From positions 12,049-76,048 of the IMG/VR virus record IMGVR_UViG_3300028840_005153: a DNA stretch of 64,000 nucleotides. One strand, 5' to 3'. Below the pieces are notes generated by a model. It saw only the letters and a list, made by a program, of their open reading frames with translations, searched no databases and was not told the origin of the DNA. Shown here piece after piece: positions 10,168-19,615 of the stretch (positions are counted from its first letter, which is position 1; each line of letters begins with the position of its first letter). The stretch comes from a virus. A program made the position numbers and the translations under genes.

Positions 10168-13100
10168 CAATGGTAGATTTTTGCCACTTGCACAACCATG
10201 ATGAATATTCGGCATTGGATGGCTTTGGAACTGCGAAGCAATACTGTGAACAAGCGGAAAAAATTGGTTATGAATATCTTGGATCGACAAACCATGCAAA
10301 CATTGATGGGCTGATAAAATTTCAAAAGGAATGCAGGGAAAGAGATATTATTCCAGTCCTTGGTTGCGAAGGCTATATTGTTCCAGACCCATCGAAGAAA
10401 AATAAAGGTGATCGTCGTGGTCACATTTGTTTTTGGGTGAAGAATCAAATAGGATTTAAAAATCTTTGCAAACTTTTAACTCATGCAAATATGGAAGGCT
10501 TTTATTACAGGCCCCGAATGGGTTTCGAAGAAGTGTTGGATTTATGTGAAGGGCTTGTGATTTCTACCGCTTGCTCTCAGTCTTTTCTGAATCTTGAAGG
10601 TGGTAATGACTTCTTTTTAGATTTATATGAAAGAATTGAAGACGATCTTTATTTGGAAGTAATGCCACATGATTACAAAGGACAGTATAGGATTAATAAA
10701 ATTTGCAGAAGACTTTCGAAGAAATATGAAATACCTTTGGTGGCAACAAATGATTGTCACTATGTAAAGAAAAGTCAATGGAAAGGGCATGAAGTATTGT
10801 TAGCAATACAAAGGAGAGCAAAATGGGATGATCCTAACCGTTGGAAATTTGGTATAACAGGATTACACTTACGAACACCCGAAGAAATGTTTGACGCCTT
10901 TATAGAACAGGGGATTTTTACCAAAAGAGAAATTCGCAAGGCAATGGAATTCAGTTTGGAAATAGCAGAAAAATGTGAAGATTATACAATTCCAAAACTC
11001 GATATAAAACTTCCAAGAATTTCAGAAGCGGAGGGTAGAATTGAAAGCCGAATGCTGCGTCAAATTTGCGAAAGCAATTTTGAAAATATGTTTGGTGAAG
11101 ACATGCAAAATTATAAAGATGAAAGATATTGGAAAAGATACCGCGAAGAATTTAGAATTATCAGACATAAAAAATTCGTAAGATATTTTTTAATTGTATG
11201 GGAACTTGTTAATTGGTGCAAGATAAACGATGTCATGGTAGGGCCTGGACGCGGTAGTGTTGGTGGATCTTTGATAGCATATCTTATGGGTATAACAACT
11301 GTCGATCCTTTAAAATTTGGTCTCCTGTTTAGCCGTTTTATTAGCGAAGATAGAATTGATTATCCTGATATAGATTTAGACTTCGAGGATTCAAAAAGAC
11401 ATTTGGTCAGAGAACACATTGAAGATTTATATGGGGAGAAAAAAGTTGCAGGAATTTCTACTTTCATGCGTATGAAAAGCCGCGCCATCATTAAGGATGT
11501 TGGAAGAGTATTTGATGTACCAGATAAGGAAGCAAATGAATTAACTAAGCTAATTGATCCAAGCGAAGAAAATGCCATTCAAGATGCAATGCGTGAAACG
11601 GAAGAGGGAAGAGCATTTAAGAAAAAATATCCACTCGTAGTAAAATATGCTTTACAACTTGAAGGCCAAATAAAGGGCGGCGGACAACATGCTGCCGGAG
11701 TAATTGTAAGTGATGATGAAATAGAAAATGCGGGAAGAGGAAATATCGCAATAAGAAATAACGTTCCGGTTATAAATTGGGAAATGAGTGATACGGAATA
11801 TATAGGCTTAATGAAACTTGATATACTTGGCCTGAATACTCTTTCAGTTTTAAATGAAGCGCGTCGGCTAATAAAAGAAAATCATGAAAAGGATATTTTC
11901 TTTCCATCTATATCTTTGAAAGATAAGAGAATTTTTAAAGAGATAAGGAATGGAAATGTTGTTGGAGTTTTTCAATTAGGAACGTGGGCTATGACGCGCC
12001 TGATAGAGGAATTACAACCTACATGCTTCGAAGATATTGTTGCTTCAGTTGCTTTAGTACGTCCAGGCCCTAATGATTCAGGAATGACTGCTGATTATAT
12101 TAAAAGAAAAAATGGTTCAAAGTGGCACCATTTACATCCTGCATACGAAGAGATCACAAAAGAAACCTATGGAATAATTGTTTATCAGGAACAGGTAATG
12201 AGAGTAATTAGTGAAGTTGCTGGACTGCCAATAACAACTGCCGATAAGATTAGAAAAATTATTGGGAAGAAAAGGGATGTCAAAGAGTTTGCACCTTTCA
12301 AAAAGATGTTCATAGAAGGATGCTTGAATGAGAAAACTTTATCAAAGACTGAAGCGGAAAACTTCTGGGAAGCCTTGCAAAACCACGCTCGTTATTCTTT
12401 TAATAAAAGCCACTCTGTAGAATATGCTATGATTTCTTATTGGTGTATGTGGGTGAAGACTTATTATCCAACTGAATTTATTTGTGCTGTTTTAACTTAT
12501 GGCGCGGATTCAAAAAAGGAAGAAATTGTAGAGGAAGCATATCGTCTTGGATTAAATCTTATTTTGCCCAAAGTAAACAGTGAAACGCATCCTGTTAGAT
12601 GGAAAGCAAAAGGTAGGAAATTATATATACCATTTGTTGAAGTAAAAGGAATTGGTGAAAAAACCTGTTGGCAAATTAACACCGGAAAGCGTAATGGGAT
12701 GCTTCAGTTCTTTAATAAAAAGCAGTCAGCAAATAATACTGAACAACATAAGGGTTCGCTTGGTAAAGTATTGAAAGCAATTGGAGCCTATGGAAACAAG
12801 CCTGAAGATGATATTTCAAAATACTTTGATTTTAGAACTGAAGCAAACCCTCGCAAACAATATCCAAACCTTTACCGTTTATTTCGTGGGAATTTGGCAA
12901 TCGAAGATTTAGATGATGCGCTATTGGCAAGGAAAGTAAAGAAGAATTTCATTTTTAAATCAGAAGAAAAAAGTCGTGGTTATGTTCAATGTTCAAAGTG
13001 TGGATTAAGAAAAAATGGGACACCTTCGCCGATGATTGCCGGTCGCTATAATATTATGATTGTTGAATTATATAAACCCGAAAGTAAAAAAAATGTGAAG

Positions 13101-13493
13101 AAGAATATCAAAATATTGGAAGATGAATTTTCTAAAGTAGATTTAAAAATTGAAGACTTTTACAGAACTCATTTAATTAAATGTCCAATTGAAAAGAGTG
13201 AAGAGAAATATGTTGAAAAATGTTCACATCTTTTACTTGAAGAGATAAGAGATATTCGCCCGAAAGTTATATTATCTTTCGGTAAAATAACTATGAAATA
13301 TTTTCTTGGAAGGGATGATAGCATAACGAAGTTAAGCGGTAAAACAGAATGGAGTGAAGACTTCAATGCTTGGATTGTGCCATGTGTAGCGCCTTCGGCA
13401 GTAATACAAAATAAAGAAAATAAAATTCATTTCAAAAATGGGATAAGAAATTTTGCGAGAACACTTCGCATAATTGGTTCGAAATATTTTTGA
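10164..13493 (+). CDS. dnaE: DNA polymerase III alpha (DnaE) with C-terminal family-4 UDG-like domain
   Basis: PHP domain (HLHNH.EYS.LDG, ATNDCHY), GPGRGSVGGS, PDIDLDF, HAAGV, KLDILGL, YSFNKSH; last ~190 aa UDG-like (C..C, KCP, EI..IRPKVI..FG). Confidence 0.95.
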   Translation: MTMVDFCHLHNHDEYSALDGFGTAKQYCEQAEKIGYEYLGSTNHANIDGLIKFQKECRERDIIPVLGCEGYIVPDPSKKNKGDRRGHICFWVKNQIGFKNLCKLLTHANMEGFYYRPRMGFEEVLDLCEGLVISTACSQSFLNLEGGNDFFLDLYERIEDDLYLEVMPHDYKGQYRINKICRRLSKKYEIPLVATNDCHYVKKSQWKGHEVLLAIQRRAKWDDPNRWKFGITGLHLRTPEEMFDAFIEQGIFTKREIRKAMEFSLEIAEKCEDYTIPKLDIKLPRISEAEGRIESRMLRQICESNFENMFGEDMQNYKDERYWKRYREEFRIIRHKKFVRYFLIVWELVNWCKINDVMVGPGRGSVGGSLIAYLMGITTVDPLKFGLLFSRFISEDRIDYPDIDLDFEDSKRHLVREHIEDLYGEKKVAGISTFMRMKSRAIIKDVGRVFDVPDKEANELTKLIDPSEENAIQDAMRETEEGRAFKKKYPLVVKYALQLEGQIKGGGQHAAGVIVSDDEIENAGRGNIAIRNNVPVINWEMSDTEYIGLMKLDILGLNTLSVLNEARRLIKENHEKDIFFPSISLKDKRIFKEIRNGNVVGVFQLGTWAMTRLIEELQPTCFEDIVASVALVRPGPNDSGMTADYIKRKNGSKWHHLHPAYEEITKETYGIIVYQEQVMRVISEVAGLPITTADKIRKIIGKKRDVKEFAPFKKMFIEGCLNEKTLSKTEAENFWEALQNHARYSFNKSHSVEYAMISYWCMWVKTYYPTEFICAVLTYGADSKKEEIVEEAYRLGLNLILPKVNSETHPVRWKAKGRKLYIPFVEVKGIGEKTCWQINTGKRNGMLQFFNKKQSANNTEQHKGSLGKVLKAIGAYGNKPEDDISKYFDFRTEANPRKQYPNLYRLFRGNLAIEDLDDALLARKVKKNFIFKSEEKSRGYVQCSKCGLRKNGTPSPMIAGRYNIMIVELYKPESKKNVKKNIKILEDEFSKVDLKIEDFYRTHLIKCPIEKSEEKYVEKCSHLLLEEIRDIRPKVILSFGKITMKYFLGRDDSITKLSGKTEWSEDFNAWIVPCVAPSAVIQNKENKIHFKNGIRNFARTLRIIGSKYF

Positions 13494-13505
13494 TTAATTC
13501 TCTCC

Positions 13506-13521
13506 ATAAACTTGTTATAAT
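13506..13521 (+). promoter_or_regulatory. Extended -10 promoter ATAAACTTGTTATAAT
   Basis: TG-T-TATAAT; the same 16-mer recurs at 18922-18937. Confidence 0.6.
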
Positions 13522-13543
13522 AGAAGTAAAAGGAAGATGAAAG

Positions 13544-14032
13544 ATGAATAAATATCGTCAAGATTTAAAAATTAACAAGCATGAATTGGATGAGGAGTTA
13601 ATCGAGCAACCTCAGAGATATATGGAATACATCGAATTAGCTGCGGAAGCTGCTGCTGAAAAAGATGATGCGGCAGATGCACTTGAAATAACGAAAGCGA
13701 TTGTAGAAGATTTAATTCGGACTGACCCTGAAAAATTTGGCTTAGAAGAAAAACCAAAGGAAGGAGCAATTAAAGCGGCAATAATAAAACACCCTCGCGT
13801 TCAAAGAGCTAACAAGCGCTTAAGGAAAGCAAGGAAGACATTGAGAATACTTGAAGGCGCAAAGTCAAGTTTTGAACAGAGGAAGACAATGCTTTCCAAA
13901 CTTGTTGATTATAGGATTGCAGGATTTTATTCCGAACCAAGGATAAAAAGAACAACTCAGAATAAGATGGAAAAAGATACTGCAAAAGGCATAAGAGAAA
14001 CAATGAAGAAAAGAAAAATCAGGAGAAGATAA
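13544..14032 (+). CDS. UvsY-like recombination mediator
   Basis: Helical protein (DL.I....LDEEL..QP..Y...; FEQRK.ML..L) upstream of SSB and RecA. Confidence 0.55.
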   Translation: MNKYRQDLKINKHELDEELIEQPQRYMEYIELAAEAAAEKDDAADALEITKAIVEDLIRTDPEKFGLEEKPKEGAIKAAIIKHPRVQRANKRLRKARKTLRILEGAKSSFEQRKTMLSKLVDYRIAGFYSEPRIKRTTQNKMEKDTAKGIRETMKKRKIRRR

Positions 14033-14220
14033 TGAACCTCATTATCCAATTACTCCTATATGCTTTGGGAAGTGTAATTGGCTTTTTTCTCCTGTGCATA
14101 TTGGGATATATTTTTACGAGAATAATTATGGTAGCAATTATCACATCCATTCATGAACACCAAAACAAAAGGAGAGAAGAAAATGGCGCGAAGATTGAAG
14201 AGAGAAAAAGGAAAGGGTAA
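14032..14220 (+). CDS. Small membrane protein
   Basis: Long hydrophobic N-terminal segment; translationally coupled to upstream gene. Confidence 0.45.
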   Translation: MNLIIQLLLYALGSVIGFFLLCILGYIFTRIIMVAIITSIHEHQNKRREENGAKIEERKRKG

Positions 14221-15388
14221 AGCTTCAGACCGGAGAAGTAAATTCAAGAAGCTCCAAAACCGCGTCAAGAAAGGATATGACCGTAAAGATGGAGGTGGGA
14301 AGTCATATCTTAAAATGCCGGATAAAGTTAGTGAATGGCGTCCTGGCAATGGTTCTCATATTATAGATATTATTCCCTATGATGCCGGTAAGTTGGATAA
14401 ACTTGTTAATGAAGGGGATCCAACTTATACTCTCGAAGTTCATATTCATAGAGGAGTAGGCCCTTCCGAGGAATGGTATGTTTGCCCACAAGAAATGACT
14501 GGAAAGCCTTGCCCTATTTGTGAGCATAGGAAAAAGTTGCGCGATCAGGGCGCTGATAAGGATAAATGGAAAGAGTTATTCCCGAAGAAAAGGAATCTAT
14601 ATAATATTGTTTGTTATGATAGCCGTGAAGAAATAAAGAAAGGAGTTCAAATTTGGAACGTTCCTTATTTTTACTTTGAAAAAAGTCTTCTGGCAATTGC
14701 TAAAAAGCCACAGCGAGCAGGGTCGAAATCAAAGGTTGAACCGTTTGTTCCCTTTAGTGATCCTGATGAAGGGAAGTCAATTAATTTCACAATTGAAAAA
14801 CCAAAAAGCAAAGATGATTTTCCTTCATATGTTGGTCATTCCTTTGAAGATAGAGATTACGAAATAGAAGATAAGATTTTGGATGCGGCAGTTTGCCTTG
14901 ATGATCTTATCGTTATTGAAGATTACGATACTATTTCAGAAGCCTATTGGGGAAGTGAAGGGGAAAAGTCTTCGCGTCGTAGTAAACGTGGTAAAAAATC
15001 TGATGCTGCAAATGTTGATGAATTGCGGGATCTCCTGGATGAGGTAGAAGATATTGACGATTGGGATGACCTCGAAGAATTCATAGATGAAAATAATATT
15101 GAGGTTGGTGATGACGAAGATGAATTAGAAGATCAGTTTGATGACGAAGATGAATTGAAAGAAGCAATTATTGAAAGCCTTGAAGAAGCAATTGAAAATG
15201 CAGAAGAAGATGAAAAACCTACCCGTTCAAAAAAACGTTCAGGCAGTCGTAGTAAGGATAATGAATGCCCTGAAGGTGGTACGTTTGGGGAAGACATAAA
15301 TGAGTTTGATGAATGCGAAGATTGCAAATTGTGGAACGCTTGTTTAAAGGCAAGCAAGAAGGGACGTTCGCGTCGGCCTCGTAGATAA
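14183..15388 (+). CDS. Single-stranded DNA-binding protein (gp32-like) with long acidic tail and C-terminal Cys4 motif
   Basis: H..VG...YVCP....KPCPICE Zn site, aromatic-rich core, DPDEG motif, acidic tail; located between UvsY-like gene and RecA. Confidence 0.7.
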   Translation: MARRLKREKGKGKASDRRSKFKKLQNRVKKGYDRKDGGGKSYLKMPDKVSEWRPGNGSHIIDIIPYDAGKLDKLVNEGDPTYTLEVHIHRGVGPSEEWYVCPQEMTGKPCPICEHRKKLRDQGADKDKWKELFPKKRNLYNIVCYDSREEIKKGVQIWNVPYFYFEKSLLAIAKKPQRAGSKSKVEPFVPFSDPDEGKSINFTIEKPKSKDDFPSYVGHSFEDRDYEIEDKILDAAVCLDDLIVIEDYDTISEAYWGSEGEKSSRRSKRGKKSDAANVDELRDLLDEVEDIDDWDDLEEFIDENNIEVGDDEDELEDQFDDEDELKEAIIESLEEAIENAEEDEKPTRSKKRSGSRSKDNECPEGGTFGEDINEFDECEDCKLWNACLKASKKGRSRRPRR

Positions 15389-15402
15389 TCTTTGAAGAGG
15401 AA

Positions 15403-15433
15403 AGGGGGAGTAAAAACTCCCCCCTGATTTTTT
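15403..15433 (+). terminator. Rho-independent terminator
   Basis: GGGGGAGT-AAAA-ACTCCCCC hairpin plus T-rich tail. Confidence 0.75.
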
Positions 15434-15454
15434 ATTTCTACAAGAGGAATAATA

Positions 15455-16576
15455 ATGGCGAGAGTAATAAAGAGAAGGAAAAGAGTAATAAAGAGAAGGA
15501 AACTCGATTCTGTAAGTCGTGATATTTCAGGTAGAAAAATTAGCAGAAGAAAAGAACGAGTGGATTTTATTTCTTCGGGTTGTGCAACTTTAAACTTAGC
15601 TTTATCTGGCCGTATCGATGGTGGATGGGCGAGAGCGCGAGTTGTTAATGTTGTTGGTGATGGCAGTAGTGGGAAGACATTACTTGCGCTTGAGGCAGCT
15701 TTTTGGTTTTTCAATAATATGATTGGAAGAAAAACAAAAGTATTTCCAAAGCCTGTTAAGAAGATCCATATCGTTTTTGATAATATTGAAGGCGTTATGG
15801 ATTTTCCTATCGAAGAAATGTATGGCGAAGATTTTGTTAAGGCTGTTGAATGGAAGCGCTCCAGAACGATAGAAGCAATGGGTTCAAACACAAAAAAATA
15901 TTTGAAGTTAAGTCGCAAAAAAGGCGTTGCTGTTCTTTATATTGTAGATAGTTGGGATGCCTTAGAAGCAAGGGCAGGACTTGAACGTATAGAAGATGCA
16001 ATGGAAAAGGAAGATGGAGCAGTGAAAGGCTCTATGAATACTGAAAAGCAAAGATATGCTTCGCAGTATTTTGGACATATGTCAGGAGAAATGGAAGGTT
16101 GTGATTTTACTCTTTTCATTGTAAGTCAAGTTCGAACCAAAATAGGTGTCACCTTTGGAAAGAAAACATACCGAGCCGGCGGAAAGGCTTTGGATTTTTA
16201 TACTCATCAAGTGGCATGGCTGCGTGAGGTAGAAAAATTAAGCAAGGTGCGAAAGGGAAGAAAAATTGTTTTTGGAATCCGCAGTGAAGCTAAGGTTGAA
16301 CGAAGTAAAGTTGCTAAACCATTTAGGGATGCAGAATTTACTATCCTCTACGATTATGGCTTAGATGATATCGGTGCTTGTTTGAGATTCCTTTATGGTC
16401 CAAAAGAAAAAACAATCAAGTGGGACGGGGAGAAGTTTAAAACTCGAAAGCAGCTTATTAAATATATCGAAGATAATGATAAAGAAGATATACTGCGACA
16501 AGAAGTTCAGAATGAATGGGATAGCGTTGAAGATCATTTTATTGCAGAAATAAGGAAGAGAAAACCGAGGTATTAA
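15455..16576 (+). CDS. recA: RecA/UvsX recombinase
   Basis: ISSG...LNLAL.G...GGW..R, GDGSSGKT, IVDS, SQVR.KIGV.FG, GGKAL.FY, SKVAKPFR.AEF. Confidence 0.92.
   Translation: MARVIKRRKRVIKRRKLDSVSRDISGRKISRRKERVDFISSGCATLNLALSGRIDGGWARARVVNVVGDGSSGKTLLALEAAFWFFNNMIGRKTKVFPKPVKKIHIVFDNIEGVMDFPIEEMYGEDFVKAVEWKRSRTIEAMGSNTKKYLKLSRKKGVAVLYIVDSWDALEARAGLERIEDAMEKEDGAVKGSMNTEKQRYASQYFGHMSGEMEGCDFTLFIVSQVRTKIGVTFGKKTYRAGGKALDFYTHQVAWLREVEKLSKVRKGRKIVFGIRSEAKVERSKVAKPFRDAEFTILYDYGLDDIGACLRFLYGPKEKTIKWDGEKFKTRKQLIKYIEDNDKEDILRQEVQNEWDSVEDHFIAEIRKRKPRY
15461..15502 (+). repeat. Perfect 21-bp tandem duplication encoding RVIKRRK twice
   Basis: AGAGTAATAAAGAGAAGGAAA x2. Confidence 0.9.
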
Positions 16577-16577
16577 A

Positions 16578-16793
16578 ATGGAAAGAAAATCCATTGAAAT
16601 AAAAGCCGGAAAGAAATATAGGATTTTCTGGAGAGAAAAACACCATGAAAATAAAATAATTCATATTCTTGGGATCTTCGACAATGATTGGGTGGCTTTT
16701 AAATATTATTACGGTTCGAATTGGCGTTACGAATTTAATAACAAAAGTTATTTAAAATTGCTTTTTGAAGATGGGATTTTAAAAAAGATATGA
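16578..16793 (+). CDS. Hypothetical protein
   Basis: Short coupled ORF. Confidence 0.5.
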   Translation: MERKSIEIKAGKKYRIFWREKHHENKIIHILGIFDNDWVAFKYYYGSNWRYEFNNKSYLKLLFEDGILKKI

Positions 16794-17746
16794 GAAAAAT
16801 ACGCCGAAGAAAAAAGAATATTGAAAGTGAGACACGCCTTATTTTTGATGGGAATGCTTTGGGCTATGCTGCGTTTCACGCTTATGGTGATCTCGAAGAT
16901 GATCTTGGAAATCCAACTGCTGTCATCTTCGGCTTTATACGTTTAATACTTGCCATACAAGAAAAATTAAATGGAGATGAGTGGATTTTTTGCTGGGATT
17001 CTCGAAAGAGTTTCCGTAAAGATATTTATCCACAATACAAGGCAAGCCGTGAAGAAAATAAAACTGAAGATGAATTGGCAAAAAGAAGATCGGCACATGA
17101 ACAATTTACAAAACTTCGAAAGGAAGTAATTCCTGCTCTCGGTTTTGCGAATAATTTTATTTCCCCTGGATACGAAGGGGATGATCTTATGGCGGCAATT
17201 CTTGACGATGTTGATCCATATAAAAATATTCTTTGCACTTCTGATAATGATATGTTTCAATGCTTAGATGATTGTGATATTTATCATTTAGCAACGAAGA
17301 AAATGTTTACAAGAAATGATTTTATGAAGAAGTTTAAAATTTGGCCTGAGCAATGGGCTGAAGCGAAAGCAATTGGTGGATGCAATGGTGATGGCGTATT
17401 TGGGATAGAAGGAGTTGCTGATCCCAAAAAGAATACAAGCAAAGCATTGAAGTATTTGAATGACGACCTTAACAAAGGCATCATTTTAAACCGTATAGAA
17501 AGCACTGAGGGGCAAGAAATTATCAGAAGAAATTTAAGACTCGTAAAGTTACCCTTTGAAGGTAAAACACCTATAAAATTTAAATTAGGGCCAAATGAAC
17601 TTTCAAAAGAAAAGTTCGAAGAAGTTTTTGAAAAGTATAGATTCATATCGTTATTAGAAAAAAAGATGTTTCAGCGTTATATCAAAGCCTTTAAAATTAA
17701 GGATGGAGGAGAAAATGGCAGGACTATACGAAGAAGGAAGAAGTGA
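16790..17746 (+). CDS. 5'-3' exonuclease/flap endonuclease (PolI N-terminal/T4 RNase H-like)
   Basis: IFDGN, CWDS..SFRK.IYP.YKA.R, GYEGDD, SDND..Q, GGCNGDGV.GI.GV. Confidence 0.9.
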   Translation: MRKIRRRKKNIESETRLIFDGNALGYAAFHAYGDLEDDLGNPTAVIFGFIRLILAIQEKLNGDEWIFCWDSRKSFRKDIYPQYKASREENKTEDELAKRRSAHEQFTKLRKEVIPALGFANNFISPGYEGDDLMAAILDDVDPYKNILCTSDNDMFQCLDDCDIYHLATKKMFTRNDFMKKFKIWPEQWAEAKAIGGCNGDGVFGIEGVADPKKNTSKALKYLNDDLNKGIILNRIESTEGQEIIRRNLRLVKLPFEGKTPIKFKLGPNELSKEKFEEVFEKYRFISLLEKKMFQRYIKAFKIKDGGENGRTIRRRKK

Positions 17747-17936
17747 GCCGGTAGAAATTGATTTGAAAATTGTTCACCTAACTGATTCTGCTGTTTTACT
17801 TTCAGATGATTCATTAGAGGAATGGTGTCCATTATCTCTCATAGAAGATGGAGATCAAATAACAAGGAAAGATATTGGCAGAACGAAATCTTTGACTATT
17901 GAATCGTGGGTGCTTATAGATAAAGGATGGATATAA
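17703..17936 (+). CDS. Hypothetical protein
   Basis: ORF with RBS; start may be the downstream ATG. Confidence 0.45.
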   Translation: MEEKMAGLYEEGRSEPVEIDLKIVHLTDSAVLLSDDSLEEWCPLSLIEDGDQITRKDIGRTKSLTIESWVLIDKGWI

Positions 17937-18114
17937 TGAAATCGCAATTTGAATCTGAATTTTTTCTTGATGATTATTTTAGCATTCGAAGACAAATTGC
18001 TCCGGCAGTTCATTGGGAAAGAATAAAATCCGAGTTAAATTATCTACGAAATGAATTGGAAGACTTAAAGGAAATTTATTGTATTAATAGTGACTGCGAA
18101 GATGAGGAGCAATA

Positions 18115-18903
18115 ATGGCAAAGGGTTCAGGATTTGAAAGGGATCAGTGTAAGGAATGGAGTAGGTGGTTTTCTTCTGGTGAATCTGCTGATATTTTTTG
18201 GCGTACTGAAGGGTCAGGTGGTCGTGCTAAAAACAGATCAAAGTCATTAAAGAAAAAAGATCCAGAACGAGCCAAGGCATTGTTGAAATATAGTTATGGA
18301 GACATGACTTTTATTTTACCCGAAGGTGAAGACTTGATTGCTTCAATACTCTTCGAATTTAAGCGTGGTTATTCTGCCGGAAGAAAACTCAGCAATGAAA
18401 TTTTGGATCAGCTTGTCTATCAGATTGCGAAAGATTCTCGTAAGTCATCATTGACTTCTGAATGGCGTAAAAAATATGCGAATAAAATTCGGGCGATTTT
18501 TAAAAAGACAAGGGTGACAAGTAATCTCATAAGCATACTTGATTTTGTTGATGGGAAAGAAAAGAAAAGACCGCCGAAACTTTTGGAATGGTGGATAAAT
18601 GCCGAAGAAGAAAAGAAGGAAGCTCAAAGAAATCAGGTTGTCCTTGTTTTACGAAGGGATGGAAAACAGCCTGTAATTTTCGTAGATGAAGTATTTGGAA
18701 AAAATCTTTTCAATTATTGTGATGGCTTCAATAAATTCTGCTATGGAATTATCAAATGTGGTCCATACAATTTGATGTATTTTAGGCAAGAAGATTTTTT
18801 TAAATCCATACCTCCAAAAGTATTTTTAAAGGTCGCAGAAAAACGAGCCATGTTCGAAAGATTAAATAATCCAAGAAAAATCAAAAGAAGAAAATCTTCA
18901 TAA
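18115..18903 (+). CDS. Holliday junction resolvase-like PD-(D/E)XK nuclease
   Basis: KG.GFER N-terminus, WR..GSGG, GD, FEFKRGY. Confidence 0.7.
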   Translation: MAKGSGFERDQCKEWSRWFSSGESADIFWRTEGSGGRAKNRSKSLKKKDPERAKALLKYSYGDMTFILPEGEDLIASILFEFKRGYSAGRKLSNEILDQLVYQIAKDSRKSSLTSEWRKKYANKIRAIFKKTRVTSNLISILDFVDGKEKKRPPKLLEWWINAEEEKKEAQRNQVVLVLRRDGKQPVIFVDEVFGKNLFNYCDGFNKFCYGIIKCGPYNLMYFRQEDFFKSIPPKVFLKVAEKRAMFERLNNPRKIKRRKSS

Positions 18904-18921
18904 AATTACTTTGATTTTGAA

Positions 18922-18937
18922 ATAAACTTGTTATAAT
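18922..18937 (+). promoter_or_regulatory. Extended -10 promoter ATAAACTTGTTATAAT
   Basis: Identical to 13506-13521; intergenic. Confidence 0.6.
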
Positions 18938-18970
18938 ATTAAAAACAAACGCCAATAAAAGGTTTTAAAA

Positions 18971-19615
18971 ATGTTTAATGATTTTCAGAAAATCCTTATT
19001 ATCGCACCTCATGCTGATGATTGTGAAATCGGTTGTGGTGGAACAATTGCAAAACTCGTATCAGAGGGGAAAGACGTTTTATGTGGAGTTTTTTGTACTG
19101 TTCCAAAAGTGCTTCCTAATAGTGAATTAAATCAAACGTCCTGGTATCAAGAGCAAATAAAGGCTTCAGAAATTCTTGGAACTAAAGTTTACTTTTTTCA
19201 AAAAGCAATTTACGAAATGCGAATGTTGCCAAGTTATAGGCAAATAATTCTGGAAGACCTTGTTTTATTGAGAAAAAGATTTGAACCTGATGTTGTTATT
19301 ATACCTTCAACGTTTGATCTTCATCAGGACCATCAGACAGTTTGCCATGAAAGTATTAGAGCATTTAAAAAATATAGTATCCTTGGCTATGAAATGGATT
19401 GGAATCAAATAGGTTTACATCAATCTCAATTGTATGTAGAATTATCAGAAGAAAATATTCAGAAGAAAAAGGAAGCAATAGCAATCTTTGAGTCACAGAC
19501 TTGGAGAACATTTTGCGATCCAGAAATAGTGGAAGCAAATGCGCGATGCGCTGGATTACATATTGGCTCTAAATATGCAGAAAAATATGAGGTGATCAGA
19601 TGGATAAGTCGATAG
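18971..19615 (+). CDS. PIG-L/LmbE family N-acetylglucosaminyl deacetylase
   Basis: IAPHADDCEIGCGGT, D.HQDH, GYE, FESQ. Confidence 0.9.
   Translation: MFNDFQKILIIAPHADDCEIGCGGTIAKLVSEGKDVLCGVFCTVPKVLPNSELNQTSWYQEQIKASEILGTKVYFFQKAIYEMRMLPSYRQIILEDLVLLRKRFEPDVVIIPSTFDLHQDHQTVCHESIRAFKKYSILGYEMDWNQIGLHQSQLYVELSEENIQKKKEAIAIFESQTWRTFCDPEIVEANARCAGLHIGSKYAEKYEVIRWISR

Noticed and set aside
10164-13493. Intein or intron in DnaE (also checked TerL, helicase, RecA)
   Set aside because: No intein splice motifs or LAGLIDADG blocks are seen, and the conserved motifs are contiguous.
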